Shown here piece by piece: positions 59,903 to 64,000 of a stretch of 64,000 bases of DNA (its first letter is position 1; the number at the start of each line of letters is the position of its first letter). The DNA is from Tubiluchus corallicola (Eukaryota > Animalia > Priapulida). The position numbers were made by a program, and so were the translations under genes. A model generated the notes under the pieces. That model was not told where the DNA came from, searched no databases, and saw only the letters and a program-made list of their open reading frames with translations. Location of the stretch: contig JAQGDQ010000874.1 in the NCBI GenBank assembly GCA_030141605.1, forward strand, positions 1 through 64,000. The letters run 5' to 3'.

Positions 59903-60700
59903 CTACATACAGAAGAAAGTTAATTAGAAAACCATCGGCGAAAAACAAAAAAATTCTAAATAGTGTAATCTGTACATTATGGTACGGTGCGTTGTGTCAA
60001 AATTTTGGGGTTAGCTCGAGTTACTGCCGAGTTAGCGGAATTCAAGAATGATAGGTACCATTTTTTATGCATATCTTCGGGTGCCATGTTGGATTTCAAA
60101 ATGGCCACCACTAACATTTAAAAATTAAGCTTGTTGTCTCCCGAGTTAGCTAAATTCAAGAATGATAAGTACCATTTTTTATGCATATCTTCAGCTGCCA
60201 TTTTGGATTTCAAAATGGCCACCACTAACATTTAAAAATTAAGCTTGTTGCCGAGTTACTCATAGGACGTTAAGCTCTGTTCAATGTTATTAAATGTTAA
60301 AAATTTAAAAGTTAAATCCTAATTTTTAAATATTAATGGCAGCCATTTTGGTATCAAAAATGGCACCTGAAGCTGTGCACAAAAAAAGGATACCTATCAT
60401 TTTTTAATTCAGCGCCCCCAATTGACATTAACTAACCGAAAAAATCAATTTTGGCACAAAAATCGAATTGAGTACATAAAGGCCCATGCTATTATCAGTA
60501 AACTAGTGTATGTGCAATGATGCAATCACAGATAACATTAGTCCCTTGACATCAAATAATATGAAATAATAATATGAAAAACCATCATCAAAGCCTATTT
60601 CTCTTTGCCAATTACAGTAAGTCCTCGCTCAACAACGACCCGTTTAGTGACGTTTCGTTTAACGACGCTGAACATTTGACACCTTTTTTCACTTAACGAC

Positions 60701-61107
60701 TAGGGGTGAGCATCGAACGTTCAAGTTCGATTCGAACGAGTTTTTTTAGTTCGAACTCGATTCGAATCCAAAACTATAGATTCGAATAATTCAGCACTTC
60801 AATCACATATGTTCCTGATCACTAAAACGAGTGAAACATCATGCAATTAGCATAATTTAGCTGTGATTTCTCTGCACAATTTTAAAGAAATTACTAGTCG
60901 TTTTATTGCAGAACAAAATCTAGTGATATGCATGATCTTTGTGAGACTAATTTTTACTGGTGGTTCGAAAACTTGTTCGAAAATAATTCAACCTCAATTC
61001 GAATTTGGTTCGCATTCGAAACACTGAAGTTCGGTTTGATTCGAATTCGAGAGTCACAAATTCGGTTCGATTCGAATTCGCTTTCTGGTAGAGAATGCTC
61101 ACCCCTA
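60701..61107. mobile_element. hAT MITE nested in a Tigger-like element that starts at ~60615
   Basis: TAGGGGTGAGCAT/ATGCTCACCCCTA TIRs; TSD TTAACGAC on both sides. Confidence 0.9.
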
Positions 61108-62334
61108 TTAACGACACAGCATTTCGTTTTAACGACGATTCTTTTGCTTTGCAGAAAGCCAATTTTCATGTTATCAACAATTTGTTTATTTAATTTGATG
61201 CCTGAAAACAGTACGTATTGCATTATTCTGTTCTAAAAATGTACTAGTAATGTAAGTACTGCAATTATTATATAAGTGCTTTACTGACCGACTGACCACT
61301 AGTGTTAGCAGTTCGTATCAAGCCTTTAGCCTATTACATTTGTCTGGTGTACACAAGCGTGAACGTACACACTATTTTACTGATCACCTGCTTACTATAG
61401 CCCGAGAGGACTGTCTGATGTACAGAGTTCCAGAGAAAATACAACCGATAGGCCAAATAAAAATTAAGATCATTTCATCTTTTAACAGGAATTTCTCCTT
61501 AAAAATAGAGAAGACACAAGGTCAAAGTTTGTGTCTGGATAGTTGAAATTTTCTACATTAGCCGATTTCACACAAGTGACGCTGTACATTGTTACAGTGC
61601 AAACACTGCAGTTACTAAAAACATTTTATAATTTTATAGTCAAAAATCGATTTTTAAATTGTCTAAGGTAAGCAAATGCATTTCATATATAATTATGCAT
61701 GAAAGTTCATTGTATGAGGAGTAGAAACTTACAAAATTTATTAAATATAACGTAATCACTGCTCAGTGAGAGCAGTTTTTCATGAACCCACGCAAAGTGC
61801 AGCAAATGTTAACGGTCTCGAAGGAGTTAATAAAACAGATTACACGTTTAAAGTTTAGTAATCTGACTTTGAATTCTGTTATTTACTAATAGCACCAAAT
61901 ATTACAGTTGGGAACAGACAACTGCAATAACATGCAAAGAATTTGTGTGGCTGCATAGCAAAATTGTTCGAAAGGCGGTAAATAAACTTTCTAGTTATTC
62001 ACGTATCCTGAGTCTAGATTTCATGAGGATCATTTTGATACCAAGTTCATCACTCTACGTTATTTCTAAGCTGAGATAATCCATGTTGAAGTTGAGGTGC
62101 AGGCTGCACATTGAAAAACATAATCTTGAGAAAATCACTGTTAAAGTTAGTCATTGTTTTTTGTCACATTTCTACAAAACACTTAGCTACCGTGCAAATT
62201 TTGGTTGCTACAGACTTTGCAAGAACACATTGAAGTTATGTTTAAATCCACAAGATGGCTCTTCCTGATGAAGATCTGGATTTGGCAACAGAAAAAATGT
62301 TTACGGTCGTGAAGAAGTCAATACGCATAAATAC

Positions 62335-62474
62335 CTGTGAATGATACCATGAGAATGGAGGTAGTCGAGAGCAAGCGCCACCTCGGCCGCATACATCGTA
62401 GCCATGGCTTCGTCAAAGAAGCCGTACACTGTGAGCAAGGATTTCAAATCTCCACCGATCATGTATTCCATCAC
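62335..62474 (-). CDS. MASTL: Greatwall kinase exon ([14 protein letters not shown]...[13 protein letters not shown])
   Basis: tag|...AG|gtat; hinge to HR(D). Confidence 0.96.
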
Positions 62475-63128
62475 CTAGTAGCAGAAAAAATGATTTTCCA
62501 CAAAATTATTCAATCATATTTACACTTAATCACAAGTTTTGGATAGTGCTGCCACCTTCAGGTGTTTTTGTTAAAATTATTCAATCATATTTACACTTAA
62601 TCACAGCAGCAACTACAAACTCTGGACAGAGGAAAATCATTTTAATTACTCTAAATTTAAATTTATGTTGTATTGTCATCATACTTTTGCATAATTTAAA
62701 ATACCCAACTATCAAGGATACATGATACCTAATTGTCTCAAACACGCCTAAGTACTGGCCGCTCCTATGCAAAAGTATATAAAAACTGTCTGCAATTGAC
62801 TCAAATAACTCCACACAATTGATTCTATATTTTTATACATAGAGATATACACGTGGTTACACTGATGTACGTGATGTAAACAAAGTGACGGCCTGCCAAC
62901 TAGCAGTCAGCTTGTGAAATAATGTACTGGGTCCGTAAAAATTTTCTCAATGAATTTACGTGATTTACAAAAATGGCACTACTGGTCTTCCAAAAACTCG
63001 GAATTCCGCGTATCCGCGGAAAATTCTCATCCCTGCTTTCACCTTTTCACGATCATCATCAATCGCTGGAACTGTGAAAAGACTGTAACTGAATCAAATA
63101 CTCTGATTGCAAAAATCGCAGTACTTAC

Positions 63129-63220
63129 CAGAAAAATATGCTTCTCTGTCTGCAATGAATAGTACAGCTTAACAATGAATGGACTGGTAGACAAGGCGAG
63201 AGCGTCTCTTTCTGCTTTAA
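63129..63220 (-). CDS. MASTL: Greatwall kinase exon (KAERDALALSTSPFIVKLYYSLQTEKHIFL); upstream exons lie outside the window
   Basis: ttttcag|...|gtaagt; helix-C motif AERDALAL. Confidence 0.95.
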
Positions 63221-63281
63221 CTGAAAATTACAACAAAAATGGCTGATTTACAAAAACACTAGACAAGCTTTACTATCCTTT

Positions 63282-63535
63282 GACCAGACGGTTTAGTCTA
63301 GTGGTAATGCGTCTGCTTTCCGTCTGGGAGGTCGTGAGTTCGAACCAGCGGCCGGGTCATACAAAAGACTTTAAAAATGGTACCTGCTGTTGCCCTGCCT
63401 GACGCGTGGTATTTAGGGTAAAAGTGGGGTAATAATAGTCTCTGTTATGAAGTTGTAGGTTGTTATTTACAGTCGGCGATAATAGCTCTTTGAGCTAATA
63501 CTAATTGTTGACCCAAAAGCCGACTTTAAATAAAG

Positions 63536-63578
<43 letters not shown>
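63282..63578 (+). mobile_element. tRNA-derived SINE with a (TTA)n tail (central domain recalls Meta-domain SINEs)
   Basis: A box TAGTCTAGTGG, B box GTTCGAACC, then GTCATACAAAAGACTTTAAAAATGGTACC and a simple-repeat tail. The subfamily is from memory only. Confidence 0.75.
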
Positions 63579-63582
<4 letters not shown>

Positions 63583-64000
63583 GTGCAACTACATGTGCTT
63601 GTAAGTGTAATGCAGCATTATAAGTGCAATAATTTGCCGCATACTAAATCATACGAAAGATTTAAAATCGTGACTTGGTGAATTTGCAACAAAGGCAGCC
63701 TAAATCTCATCAATTATCTAATTTTTACTTTTAAACATTTACAACCACCTGATCAGACAAGGACAAATTAAGATCATTTCATCTTTTAATAGGAATTTCT
63801 CCTTAAATATAGAGTAGACTTGAGGTCAAAGTTTATCAGAGTGTTGAGTCTGGATAGTTGAAATTTTCTGCATTAGCCGATTTCACACAAGAGATACTGT
63901 ACTTTGTTATAATGCAAACACTGCAGTTACTGAAAGTTTTTTCAATTTTTTTTGTCAAAAAAATTGATTTTTAAGTTGTCTAAGGTAAGCAAATGCATTG

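Noticed and set aside
63285-63360. tRNA gene
   Set aside because: A and B boxes are present but there is no complete cloverleaf; it continues into a SINE body and (TTA)n tail.

Overview
AT-rich, intron-containing animal (invertebrate-like; lineage is inference) genomic DNA. Genes: (1) an uninterrupted phosphorylase kinase beta subunit CDS (PHKB, minus, 10760-14092); (2) a 6-exon, 322-aa secreted Gly/Pro/Ser/Tyr/Arg-rich orphan gene that the ORF track misses (plus, 21040-30566), whose upstream region, signal-peptide exon and first intron are mirrored in a >=4.4-kb inverted duplication (1-~4460 vs ~17850-22106) that brackets PHKB; (3) a single-exon class A GPCR (minus, 33419-34423); (4) a single-exon ankyrin-repeat + Mab-21/cGAS-like nucleotidyltransferase (cGLR) with an intact catalytic triad (minus, 35736-38009, probably starting at 38158); (5) eleven exons of Greatwall/MASTL kinase (minus, 41419-63220; 5' exons lie beyond the window). 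The Greatwall gene carries many tandem amplifications at functional sites: a splice acceptor/transposon junction (~49 copies), the stop codon (~23 copies), a CDK-site motif (2 copies) and an NDKHA pentapeptide (25 copies). Mobile DNA includes a short RTE-derived retroposon starting exactly at a twister-ribozyme cleavage site, a 5S-derived SINE, a tRNA-SINE, hAT, Tigger-, piggyBac-, Kolobok- and Harbinger-like MITEs, LINE 3' remnants and small LTR-like elements. All calls were made by eye, without database searches.
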